DNA of 63,951 bases, filler included, from Octopus bimaculoides (GCF_001194135.2; 5 parts of 5 records of this genome joined end to end with filler, not necessarily neighbours in it); one strand, 5' to 3'. Shown: positions 49,215 to 61,214, counted from the whole stretch's first letter. Notes: generated by a model not told the origin, from the letters alone. A program made the numbers and translations.

Positions 49215-49555
49215 CTACGTGTGTGTGACTTTGTGTCTGTGTTTGTCCCTCACTATCACTTGACAACCGGTATTGGTTTGTTTACGTCCCTGTAACTTAG
49301 TAATTTGGCAAAAAAGACGGATAGAATAAGTACCGGGTTGAAAAAAAAAAAAAAAAAGTGCCAGGGTCAATTCATTTGACTAAAACTTCTCCAAGAAGTT
49401 ACTAATCCCATGAAGGCAGCAAGTTAGCAGAATCGTTACCAGATTGGGCAAAGTGCTTCATGCCATTTCGTCCACTTCTACATTCTGAGTTCAAACTCTG
49501 CTGAGTTTGACTTTGCATTTCATCCTTTTGGGATTGATGAAATAAGTAGCAGTTG
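49215..49555 (+). mobile_element. Family B SINE 3' half followed by a family C SINE
   Basis: 49215-49385 and 49411-49555. Confidence 0.8.
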
Positions 49556-49896
49556 NNNNNNNNNNNNNNNNNNNNNNNNNNNNNNNNNNNNNNNNNNNNN
49601 NNNNNNNNNNNNNNNNNNNNNNNNNNNNNNNNNNNNNNNNNNNNNNNNNNNNNNNNNNNNNNNNNNNNNNNNNNNNNNNNNNNNNNNNNNNNNNNNNNNN
49701 NNNNNNNNNNNNNNNNNNNNNNNNNNNNNNNNNNNNNNNNNNNNNNNNNNNNNNNNNNNNNNNNNNNNNNNNNNNNNNNNNNNNNNNNNNNNNNNNNNNN
49801 NNNNNNNNNNNNNNNNNNNNNNNNNNNNNNNNNNNNNNNNNNNNNNNNNNNNNNNNNNNNNNNNNNNNNNNNNNNNNNNNNNNNNNNNNNNGGTCA

Positions 49897-50116
49897 TTGC
49901 CAGTGCTGCCTGACTGGATCCTGTGTTGGTGGCACGCAATAAGCACCATTCATGCGTGGGCCTTTGCCAGTGCTGCCTGACTGGATCCCGTGCTGGTGGC
50001 ACACAATAAGCACCATTCATGCGTGGGCCTTTGCCAGTGCTGCCTGACTGGATCCCGTGCTGGTGGCATGCAATAAGCACCATTCATGTGTGGGCCTTTG
50101 CCAGTGCTGCTTGACT
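49897..50116 (+). repeat. 67-bp tandem repeat (3 full units plus a partial), next to a gap
   Basis: ttgccagtgc at 49897, 49964, 50031 and 50098; amplified subunit of family F. Confidence 0.93.
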
Positions 50117-50119
50117 CTA

Positions 50120-50945
50120 ATTGAGAAGATCTGGCAAGTAAAGTGAGGTCACAGCTGTAGCCTATACCAGTGTTGCATAACCAGGCCATTTAAAAAATAC
50201 CTTTGAATTGTTGGGTGACACACTGTGCTTGGGGAGACCTGTTGAGTCAAGTAAAATCAAAAATCAAAATGGAAATTGTAGTTGTGGTCGATGCCAGTGC
50301 CGCCTGATTAGCTCCCATGCTGGTGGCACGTAATAAGCACCATTCATGCATGAGTCATTGGCAGTTCTACCTGACTGGCTCCCTCTGACTGGCTCCCCAT
50401 GCTGGTGGCATGTAAAAAGCACCATCCAAATGTAGTCAATGCCAGCTCCCCAGCCCCAACTGGCTCCTGTGCCGGTGGCACATAAAAAGCACCATCTGAA
50501 TGTGGCTGATGCCAGTACCCCCTGACTGGCTCCCATACTGGTGGCACGTAAAAAGCACCCACTACACTCTCGGAGTGGTTGGCATTAGGAAGGGCATCCA
50601 GCTGTAGAAACCTTGCCAGATCGGATTGGAGCCTGGTGTAGCCTCCTGGCTTGCCAGTCCCCAGTCAAACCGTCCAACCCATGCAAGCATGTAAAGCAGA
50701 CATTAAACGATTATTATTATTATTATTATTATTAAGGTGGCGAGGTAGCATAATCATTAGCAACCAGGAAAAATGCTTAGCAATATTTTGTCTGTCTTTA
50801 TTTTCTGAGTTCAGACTCCATCTGTGGTTGACTTTGCTTTTCATCCTTTCAGGGTTGATAAAATTAGTACCAGCTGAGCACTGGGGGTTGATGCAATTGA
50901 CTTACCCCCACCTCCAAACGTGCTGCCTTGTGCCAATAATTCAAA
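50120..50945 (+). mobile_element. Family F tail repeat with diverged subunits, then a family C SINE (50735-50945)
   Basis: Similarity to 46470-47060. Confidence 0.8.
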
Positions 50946-51745
50946 ACCAATACATTCAGCACATAATTGATTTTGTTCATTTGTTATAGATTATGTGAAG
51001 GGGTTATCTTAATTTTATGTGTGCGTGTGTGTTTTGGTCAGGCTAGGGGTGGGGAGCGGGATTCACTCTGTATTTCACTTCTTAGAACCAATTACTTTTG
51101 TGGTGTGGTTCACCAAGAAGTTAATGATTATAAATGATAAATTTACTATCAAACAAATACATTATAAATTAAGTATGCCTCTCCCCAGCCATGCTTATCA
51201 CTGAATAATCTCAAATTACTGCCTTGTCAAGTTTTATATTTATCAAAGCTAAATCCATGCTAATCAAATTTGGGGATTAAAGGTCTCCTCAGTAGTTGCT
51301 ATGCAGGATTCAAATCAAGGCACCATTCTCCCACATTAAATAGGCAAACGGGTGACAGTATTGTGATTATAGCTATTGATATTAAATAAGCCATGGCAAC
51401 ACCTGATATCAAACAGTGGCAGACCTCCATGATTTATAGGTTGACTACATTGTATTAATTACCAGAAAAGTTGAATTAGGTTTTCATTTACATTTCATTT
51501 CAGTTGTGTGTATAGAGATCTTAATGGAATATCTCGCTTGCTTAATGTTTCAATTAATGAACAAAATCATGAATATTTGCTACTGAAGCTGAAATTTTTG
51601 CTGCTCTGTTACACACAAACACACACATACACACACACAGTGTTTTAGGAATTTCAAGGTAAAGTGATGTTTTTTCCTACTTAATGTAACTGTACAGATA
51701 TATTCTGGTATTGCTTATTGCACAAATTAACAAAGAAGTAGAATT

Positions 51746-51779
<34 letters not shown>

Positions 51780-51816
51780 NNNNNNNNNNTATGCATAACT
51801 TGATACATATATACAA

Positions 51817-51859
<43 letters not shown>

Positions 51860-52039
51860 GAGGATAAGATCGATATTTAAATAGCGATTTTATCTAGTGG
51901 CCAGGATGGCAATAAAAACCATCAAAGGTAAGATGCCCTAAATTATAATTTTACAAACATATATATGTATACAGACATATATGTACATATATGAGACAAA
52001 TAAATGCATATATACATACACATATATATTCATACACAT

Positions 52040-52091
<52 letters not shown>

Positions 52092-52139
52092 GCTTACTAT
52101 TGGGTTGGTGCATANNNNNNNNNNCATATATGCTTACTA

Positions 52140-52404
52140 TTGGGTTGGTGCATAATTATTGCGGCTTTTTTTCAACAAATTTTATTCAACAAATTTTATT
52201 CAACAAAACAATACCAATATTTAATAAAAACATCTTTAAATGACGTTCTGATCATCTGCCAAGCAAATGGGAAGCAGTAATTGAAGAAGATGGTGAATAT
52301 TCTCCGGAATAATCATTTAAAGATGTTTTTTGTTACATGTTGTTATTGTTTTTGTTGAATAAAATTTGTTGGAAAAAAGCTGCAGTAATTATGTACCAAC
52401 CCAA
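52140..52404 (+). mobile_element. mariner-derived MITE, TA TSD
   Basis: TIR ttgggttggtgcataattattgcggc / gctgcagtaattatgtaccaacccaa; interior SKWEAVIEEDGEY. Confidence 0.9.
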
Positions 52405-52810
52405 TATAATACATGCATATATCAGTGTTAATTTCGATGCATATATATATATATATTTCCTTTCGAGTTTTGGGCCTCATGGAGGCAACGACCAAGACCC
52501 TTGGTATTACGTCGTGCTTGAGAAGAAGACCCATCAAGATGAGCAAAATCGCAGTCTTGTCATGCAAATTAGCCCCCATGCCGGTGGCTTGTAAAAGAAC
52601 CCTGATGTCATGCAAATGGCACCTGCACTGGTGGCACATAAAAGAACCCATTACACTCTTTGAGCAGTTGGTGATAGGAAGTGCATCCAGCCATAGAAAA
52701 CCATGCCAAATCAGACTGGAATCTGGTGCAGCCTTCCTGCTTGCCAGCCCTGGTCAAACCGTCCAACCCATGCCAGCATGGACGATGGATGTTAAATGAT
52801 GATGATGTTG

Positions 52811-52841
<31 letters not shown>

Positions 52842-52844
52842 TAT

Positions 52845-53066
52845 ACATTCTTTTATTCTTTTACTTGTTTCAGTCATTTGACTGCAGCCATGCTGGAGCA
52901 CCGCCTTTAGTTGAGAAAATCGACCCCAGGACTTATTTTTCGTAAGTCTAGTACTTATTCTATTGGTCTCTTTTGCCGAACCATTAAGTTACGGGGATGT
53001 AAACACTCCACCATTGGTTGTCAAGCGATATTGGGGGGGACAAACACAGACACACAAACACACACA

Positions 53067-53132
<66 letters not shown>

Positions 53133-53230
53133 ATGGGCTTCTTTCAGCTTCCGTCTATCAAATCCACTCACAAGGCTTTGGTCAGCTTGAGGCTATAGTA
53201 GAAGACACTTGCCCAAGGTGCCACACAGCC
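52845..53230 (-). mobile_element. Family B SINE
   Basis: Reverse complement of 12079, with a (TA)n centre. Confidence 0.88.
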
Positions 53231-53764
53231 ACTCCTACTTACCACACAGCCACTCCTACAAATTGTATATCTTGTGTGAAATTGGTACCATGAAATTCCT
53301 TGAATTGAGCTCTATCATTTAAGTTTAATTACAATATAGTTTGTTTTTAAAATTAAAAAGTTAATTATACTTAAATCCAATTTTTTGCTTTGCTTAAATA
53401 TTTTTCATGATATTTTACAACACAACTCTTTGATACAAATTTTTGTTCCATAGGACCAAAACTATGAAATTCTTTATGCTTTCTTCTATCATTGAAGCTT
53501 GGATAAACATATTTTGCTTTTAAATTAAAAAAAGTTATTTAGATCTAAACTTAATTGGAGGCATTACTTACTCTCCTATAACATTGCTACAAAGTTTGAT
53601 GTAAACATTTTTCTACTGGACCAAATCTCAATTTTTTTATGCCAAAATGTTTAGTTTTCAATTTGGTTAAGAACTGAATTAGCAACAAACTTCTGAATAT
53701 GCTGTGTGTAAGTAAATTGTAGCTTTAAGAATATTATTCAACTACTACTGTAGTTGAATGATAC

Positions 53765-53814
<50 letters not shown>

Positions 53815-54000
53815 GGGAGAATGTATGAAAAAAAACAACAACAGACGAGGACAGGTGGTGTAAACAACAAAAGGATGTATTAGTATGACGCTCGGGAATA
53901 CGGAAGGTCTTTAACGTTTCGAGCTACGCTCTTCAACAGAAAGAATACAGAGAAACACGGAGAAAAAAAATTGAATGGTGTTAGGTCAATGATCTATCAT
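53815..54000 (-). mobile_element. Penelope-LTR-like repeat with degenerate HHR (53908-53944), abutting (TA)n
   Basis: Minus strand tcttt-CTGTTGA-A-GAGC-GTA-GCTC-GAAACGTT-aaaga. Confidence 0.72.
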
Positions 54001-54110
54001 GACTATATATATAATTATTCAATATTAACAGTTTTGTATTAGAAAACTAATAGAATTTATACAAGGCTGTAATAAGAAGTGCTCAAACTAGGTGAGACAA
54101 AGGTACAAAA

Positions 54111-54995
54111 ATTAATTGCAGAATAAAACCATTAGGTCATCGACTCAAAAAGCCACAACCCACCAATGACCACATCTAGGAAGTACAGCATAAACCACAA
54201 AACCAAAGTGGCAAAGGGAAGTAAAATTTTATACATAAGAATGAAATCGATTAAAAAATATAATAGAATAACATAATTAAATAAACTGCGATTAAAAAGT
54301 GATTAAAAATATTATAGAGCGGTACAGATATAGTGGAATGAAAATATATATATATATATATAGAAAAAATAATATAGAAAAAACAATAAAATAAAATAAA
54401 TACATAGGGAAACGTAGTAAAATAGTTTATTCATTGAGATTAAAGGCTAATAAAAGAAGTTTAAGTTTAAATTGTACGAAAGTTCATTACTTCCCTCATG
54501 ACAGCAAATTTAGCAGGTAAAATCCAATTTTGTAATTCATACCCAGGAATACCGAGGTACACGGGACGACATAATAACACAACACCCAATGTGTAACAAA
54601 GTAAAATCCATATTTCACCATCAACGTTATTTAAGTCCAAGAAAATCAAGGCACACAAGTCGATACATTAAACCAACATCCAGCAGGTAACATCGGTAAA
54701 AATCAATCCATAATTTAACATCATTTACAAAGGATTACAAATATAGGTTGGACTACAAACACAAAACACCTATGGCCATTTCGGGGGTACATCACCGTAT
54801 TTAGAGCACAATAGAGCACAAACTAGTGATAACCCCCTCTTCAGGATAAAGAACACACACAAACATCAACGAAGGCACCAGTAGAAAGAAATTATATTAT
54901 GAGAGCAAGCTTATATAAATAATGTGGACTATGTGTTCATTGGTGGGTTGTAGCTTTTTGAGTCGATGACCCAATGGTTTTATTCTGCAATTAAT
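54111..54995. mobile_element. 885-bp segment bounded by a 65-bp inverted repeat, containing a hammerhead
   Basis: Arms 54111-54175 and 54931-54995 with 3 mismatches. Confidence 0.8.
54767..54848 (-). ncRNA. Type I hammerhead ribozyme, canonical core, long stem II
   Basis: tatc-CTGAAGA-GGGGGT TATCAC..GTGATG T ACCCCC-GAAA-TGGCCA-TA|ggtg; palindromic stem III ATGGCCAT; stem I is 4 bp with two G.U pairs. Confidence 0.75.
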
Positions 54996-55079
54996 CTATA
55001 TATATATATATATTTGTGAATGTTGCTGAATGACAGATGACTGATCTTATATAATATCGTCATATCTTGAATGTTTGTA

Positions 55080-55335
55080 CTGAATGTGCGGGTGGCACAT
55101 GAGATGCACCATTTTGAGCGTGGCCGTTGCCAGTACCGCCTGACTGGCTCCCGTAGGATTTTCGAGCGAGATCGTTGCCAGTGCCCCTGGACTGGCTTGT
55201 GCGGGTGGCACATAAAAGACACCATTTCGAGCGTGGCCGTTTTCGTGCGGGTGACACGTAAAAGCACCCACTACACTCTCTGAGTGGTTGGCGTTAGGAA
55301 GGGCATCCAGCTGTAGAAACTCTGCCAAATTAGAC
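55080..55335 (+). mobile_element. Young, CpG-rich family F tail repeat
   Basis: Similarity to 46680. Confidence 0.8.
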
Positions 55336-55528
55336 TNNNNNNNNNNNNNNNNNNNNNNNNNNNNNNNNNNNNNNNNNNNNNNNNNNNNNNNNNNNNNNNN
55401 NNNNNNNNNNNNNNNNNNNNNNNNNNNNNNNNNNNNNNNNNNNNNNNNNNNNNNNNNNNNNNNNNNNNNNNNNNNNNNNNNNNNNNNNNNNNNNNNNNNN
55501 NNNNNNNNNNNNNNNNNNNNNNNNNNNN

Positions 55529-55845
55529 TGTGTGGAACCTTGGGCAAGTGTCTTCTATTATAGCCTTGGGGCAACTAAAGCTTTGTGAGTGGATTTGGTA
55601 GACTGAAACTGAAAGAAGCTTGCTGTATGTGTGTGTGTGTGTATGTGTGTGTGTGTGTGTTTCTGTGTCTATGTTTGTCCACCCACCATTGCTTGACAAC
55701 TGACGTTGGTGCATTTACGTACCCGTAACTTAGCAGCTCGGCATAAGAGACTGATAGAATAAGTCCTGGGGTCAATTTGTTCAACTAAAGTTGGTGCTCC
55801 AGCATGGCCACAGTCAAATGACTGAAACAAAGAATAAAAGAATAT
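55529..55845 (+). mobile_element. Family B SINE (head lost in the gap)
   Basis: Similarity to 12079. Confidence 0.85.
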
Positions 55846-55993
55846 ATATTGTATATATAGTGTATCTTGCGTGTATAAATAGATAGAGTTCCACATGAAT
55901 TATCATCATTGTGTCTGCTTCCAGTGAAGTAGTTAAGCAACTACTATATATTGTGTATCTTGTTTGTATAAATAGATGTAGGACTGCTATCAT

Positions 55994-55996
<3 letters not shown>

Positions 55997-56076
<80 letters not shown>
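55997..56076. repeat. (GA)n microsatellite
   Basis: Direct reading. Confidence 0.97.
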
Positions 56077-56083
<7 letters not shown>

Positions 56084-56099
56084 TGCAGAAAGCGTAAAA

Positions 56100-57975
56100 A
56101 CAAACCTTAAAGCTTTCTATAAATTTGCAATATCAGAATATCTGAAGAAGGAATTTTATTCCGAAATATCATCAGACTATGGATGACTAAATTACAACAT
56201 GTATATAGTCCATTGTTTGTATTATAGTGTATTGTTGTACCATTCAAAACTTTTTATTCTTTACAAACAATACACAATGCTTCAAGCGATCTACAATACT
56301 CTCCAATCTCTATGCCTGGGTCAGGCTGAGTTCGCAACTGTTAGGGAGTCGATGAAGCTATCTAAGAAACATGCTAGAATCAGATGCCAAATAAACTTTC
56401 TTAAACGCTGCCTAAAAAACAACATAATTTCCAACACCTTCAGGAACATACATCTACCCTCGTGTTTCTGCAGCCTTACCCTTCGACGATCACTGAAATA
56501 CATACATATGTTCATCATCAGAAAAATCATACGCCATCTACACCAACAACTACATGAGCACATACGCAAATTCTCTGAAATAATATCCAGCATCATGTCA
56601 ACCATTGAACATACATACCAAAGAACAACTGCAGCAATTGACTGATGCTACCACCACTGCATTGACGAAGAGAAGAGATGCCTCAACTTAAATTCCAGTG
56701 GCTTTGTATCGAATACCGACACAACTCGGCCCATTACACCGACACAGATGAACAGTACATGTCCACCGAACAAGATAACACTAACACTGAGGACGCCAGC
56801 ACACCATCAGCAACGAAATCCCTAGGCACAGACTTGAGTGGGTCACTCTCCCATGAAGAACTAGAACTTCTCAGTCTGGGCCTTAAATTTATCTTGAGCC
56901 AACAGCTGAATGAAAAATCTTATTCGACCTGGAAGCCAACTTTTGTCAAACAGCCTACCAACTCAATTGGCTATCGGTGATAAAGAAGAACAATAACACA
57001 CTCACTCCCCTCTACCCACTCTCAACGAACCAACCAAGAACTCAACCACAAACTATCCAGATTAAAACAGTCTATCTCCAACATCTTAAGGAAGGAATTG
57101 AAAATAACTCCAAACTTAACCAAGGCACAATGTAAAACACCGACTAAACTAAAAAAACAAAACCTTTGTATACTTACTGTCAGAAAAAGGAAAAGAAATC
57201 TGCGTGATTTCTTGTGAAATATATGATAGACTGGCACAAGAACATTTAAGCAATGACAGGCTTTATTCTGAAGTGACCGATATAACTGCAACCGGGATTG
57301 AGGACCGAATTAACACCGCATGGACGGACATCTGTAGAAGGAAACAACTACATAGCAAATACAAGAACAACTCCATCACAAAGAACAGTAGATTACCCAG
57401 ATTTTATCATCTCATTAAAACATACAAGAATAGCAACACGATCCAGATTAGACCCATCATCTCCAGTGTGGAAGGACCGCTATATAAAATATCCTGGTTA
57501 CTTTCTCACATCCTGAAGCCCATACTCTCCACCTTTCCTGAACACATCAAGAACTCCGACGAAGTCATCAAAAGACTGCACCAATTGCCCCTAGACCAAC
57601 CCAGACAAAACAGATATGCCTTTAGTCTTGATGTTGTCTCAAGGTACACAACGGTACCAGCACACTTGGTGGTCAACCTATTGACTGACTGCATAATTAG
57701 CGTCCGACATCCAATGCTTCAGACTTACAGCAGCTGATATACATCAACTTTTGTCCCTCATCGTGTACAACACCTACTTCTCATTCCAGGACCACATATA
57801 CATACAAACAACAGATCTCCCCATGGGATCCAGTCCCTCGGGCCTACTAGCCATCACTTATATGAACCATCTGGAACGTCGAGCACTCAAAATCTGTCAT
57901 ACTGGTGAAGAAGGCGCTCATGCGCCTTCTTCACCAGGTATGTAGATGACATCCTCATACTCACATCTTCCTCTA
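56100..57975 (+). mobile_element. Penelope-like retroelement, 5' region plus RT (disrupted; GIY-YIG end missing)
   Basis: QINFLKRCLKNNII, LSHEELELLSLGLKF, LPRFYHLIKTYK..IRPIISSV, FSLDVVSRYTTVP, DLPMGSSPSGLLA..YMNHLE, FFTRYVDDIL (57939-57950). HHR-like motif at 56142-56170. Confidence 0.92.
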
Positions 57976-58312
57976 AGGAAGAATGTAACGATCGAGAAGG
58001 TGAATGAAAATGACCTTTTTGTGTGCACTGTCTGTGACAGACCATGCCTATCTTTTGCTGGCCTCAAATCTCATTTGCGAACGCATGGAAAACGAAACCC
58101 CACCAACTATTCTGCCTATATGTCTGTGCACACCAGTGTATGCCAGAAGGCCGCAAGAGACATTTTAAGATCCACAAAGAGCAGAACTTATCTTGCAGTT
58201 CTTGGTGGTCAAAATCGGAAATGCAATCTATGTGGGTGTCTTTTCAGAACATTGTCTTGTTTAAAAAGCCACATCAGACGCCATGATAGTGCTAAGGTGT
58301 AGGTACAGGAGG
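57976..58312 (+). mobile_element. Two C2H2 zinc fingers of RTE C-terminal type, joined to the Penelope RT
   Basis: FVCTVCDRPCLSFAGLKSHLRTH and KCNLCGCLFRTLSCLKSHIRRH; no TGEKP linkers. Confidence 0.7.
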
Positions 58313-58516
58313 NNNNNNNNNNNNNNNNNNNNNNNNNNNNNNNNNNNNNNNNNNNNNNNNNNNNNNNNNNNNNNNNNNNNNNNNNNNNNNNNNNNNNNNN
58401 NNNNNNNNNNNNNNNNNNNNNNNNNNNNNNNNNNNNNNNNNNNNNNNNNNNNNNNNNNNNNNNNNNNNNNNNNNNNNNNNNNNNNNNNNNNNNNNNNNNN
58501 NNNNNNNNTATATATA

Positions 58517-58736
58517 CAGTATTCCCTTGTCATATCACGGTTCACTTATCGTGGTTTATTATTTAAGCTTACATCAATTCCTCTGTGGTGTTGTTTTGCA
58601 TTTATAATAAAATATATTCAAATTATAAAAATAATTATAAAAAAATATGCAGTACAGTACTGTTTCTACTTTGTTGATTTTCACCTATCGCAGGGGTTTT
58701 TGGAGCGTAATACCTGTGATAGTTTAGGGATTACTG
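58517..58736. mobile_element. pogo/Tigger-like MITE, TA TSD
   Basis: TA|CAGTATTCCCT...AGGGATTACTG|TA. Confidence 0.85.
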
Positions 58737-59329
58737 TATAAAGATAAATGGATAAATAAATAAATAAATTGATAGATGCAGATATATCTACACATATGTA
58801 TAGACTAAAGGAGATCCATTTTATAGATTGATGCATGTCAAAGTGAAACACAACATATTTGATGGCAAAACGTTATGACACAAATCAACTGATCAACAAT
58901 CCGTTCCATTAGTAAAAATGGCATCAATGAAAGGAAGTTCACTGGTGTTTTTAATCTATAAATCCAAGAGTATCTAAAACTGAGTGGAACCTTAAGCATA
59001 GTTTAATGCCATTATAAAAGCAGATGAATGGATTATATGGCAGTACTACAATGTTTCATTAAGCAATTTTATTGTGATATAACATCATATATGTAAGATG
59101 TGGTTAGACCTGTTAATCTGATGGTGTATCAATTATTTAGCTTCTTGCATTATGGTGTAGCCTGAAGAGTTGAGAGATTCAATGTAATGTATTGTCTAAT
59201 CTTATAGATATTGCACTTTTTACATACCTGTGTGAATGATGATATGTCACAATAAAATCTCTTAACAAAACATTTTAGTGATTCCACATAACCCATATTT
59301 TCTTTCTTGTCCAATATTTTAAATCTAAG

Positions 59330-59620
59330 TTAGTCTCCGTTAATGGGGTGTGGCTGGATCTACCTCACTCCTACAGCAACCACTCTCACACCATCTCGCC
59401 ATCTCTCCTAGTTTTGGACATCTTCCCTCCTCAAGCCAACCCTCCACCTGTCCCCTCCACGTTTTCTTTGGTCAACCTGACTTTCACAGTTCATTCACTT
59501 TAAACTCAAGCACTCTCCTCAGAACATGATCCTTGTCCCTCCTCAACACATGTCCATACCACTACACTCCATTCGCTCTTGCCAGCTGTTCCACTGATTC
59601 CTCCAACCCCATCCCCATCA
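59330..59620 (-). mobile_element. RTE LINE 3' coding end
   Basis: LARANGV*WYGHVLRRDKDHVLRRVLEFKV..PKKTW. Confidence 0.8.
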
Positions 59621-60160
59621 AGTCCTCAGCCCTCTATTTATCTATTTTTATAATATATATATAACATCATCGTCATCATCATCACCATTATTTAACATCC
59701 ATGTTCTATGCTGGCATGGGTCAGATGGTTTGATAGGATCCATGTTCTATGGGTCAGATGGTTTGACAGGATCCAAAGGGTCTGCAGACTGCATTCAGTT
59801 CCAGTGTCTGCTTTGGCATGGTGTCTACATCTGGATGCCCTTCATAATGCCATCTACTTGGTGCTTTTTACATGGCACCAGCACTAGTGTGGTTGCCAAG
59901 CAGTTTGCAAGACTACAAACCCTGAGGAGAAAGCTTTACACTAACAGATGAAGGGTCACAGTATGAGAGGAGGGGCCAGAATAGAATAGTTTTTTTTTTG
60001 TGTTGTTGTTGTAGAAGAGCTACATGACTGCTCAAAGAAACATGACTATTCACAAAAAGAACTTTGTGAGATTGTTCATTTGTTAATTTCTTTTTGCAGG
60101 TGAGAGAAAAATTTAATGAGCTGTTAATTAGAAAAGTCTTCCAATTAAGAGTTCGATGAG

Positions 60161-60613
60161 ATGACAGAAATGGAAGTGAAGCACAGGACAGTGAAAACTC
60201 CAGCATTTAAGGAGGATTTATTTCAAAATGAAATTAATTTATTGGACAGTTCTGGGAAAATTCATGTCCGAAACTTACCATATTATTTTGAGACGTTTAG
60301 TCAGCAGCGTCCAATGGTTTTAAACACATCTAGTGACCAATTAGTGTCAGGGTATCAGGATGGAAGCAGACCTTCCAGACTGGCTGGTCCTTCTGGCTTA
60401 CATATGAAGGCTCTGAAAGCAAGATCAGCAGGCACATCAAGGAGGAGTGGGGAGTCGTATTACAGTCAATTGGATTCTGGTGTTTCTGAAAGAAACAAGC
60501 GGAACAAAGATACAATACCTGTCACCAGTAGAAGTGAATGTACAGCATCAACACCACAGAAACAGTCAAGTTATGACACATTTTTAAACTATCTTGTGTG
60601 GAAAATGGGTCAT
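60161..60613 (+). CDS. Start-codon exon (exon 60100-60613) of an unidentified host gene; 151 aa, Ser-rich, continues beyond this exon
   Basis: Acceptor ttaatttctttttgcag|G at 60099, in-frame TAA upstream of ATG 60161, uninterrupted ORF MTEMEVKHR...YDTFLNYLVWKMGH, phase-0 donor CAT|GTAAGT at 60614. Confidence 0.8.
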
Positions 60614-60644
60614 GTAAGTATAGCATCTACAACAGCTGTTGAAT

Positions 60645-60755
60645 TTTGAAACATGCTAATTTTGAATATGTAAATTTTAGAAATGTAAATTTTGAATATT
60701 CTAATTTTAAATAGCTAAATTTTAAATATGTTAATTTTAAATATGCTAATTTTCC
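60645..60755. repeat. Degenerate ~15-bp AT-rich tandem repeat (aattttgaatatgct-like)
   Basis: About 7 units just downstream of the 60614 donor. Confidence 0.8.
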
Positions 60756-61173
60756 ACATCTATTCATGTATTTGTATTGTTTATTTACTTAGTGATTCTC
60801 ACATCTCTACTTCAGTAAGTACAATAAAGTTTATGCTTCATTTAAGAAGTCTAATAAGTTTGAAATATGTCCTGAGTTGTCTCCCTTTCATATAAGACCT
60901 GATGAAATAAAACCAGTGACTGAGTTAATGTTTGTTTCATGCAATATAATTAATTCTAATTAGAATTCTGATAATCTCCATTCTAAGTATTGTAAAATTA
61001 ATTTAGAGTTAGATATTATTCTAATAATCATGAAATCGTTCGATATATAATTGAGTTCGTTTTTAAAAGGTTGGTTTTTTTTAAGAGTTGCTTTTCCTTG
61101 CATTCGGTAAAAATGTGTTTATTATGGAAGTCTAGTGTGTGGCATTATTCTGTAGTAATGCCCTTATATATAT

Positions 61174-61207
<34 letters not shown>

Positions 61208-61214
61208 TTGTGTA

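Noticed and set aside
43637-50116. 35-bp and 67-bp repeat arrays as CRISPR-like arrays
   Set aside because: Units are directly adjacent with no unique spacers and derive from SINE/LINE sequence in a eukaryotic genome.
52085-52154. Duplicated mariner TIR start on both sides of a 10-N gap
   Set aside because: Exact overlap across a tiny gap, typical of unmerged contig ends.
57946-58302. Host C2H2 zinc-finger gene
   Set aside because: No TGEKP linkers or splice sites; finger pattern and context match LINE C-termini.
59158-59205. CTGAAGA-GTTGA..TCAAT-GTAA hammerhead-like motif
   Set aside because: GAAA is mutated to GTAA and no stem I or III can be drawn.
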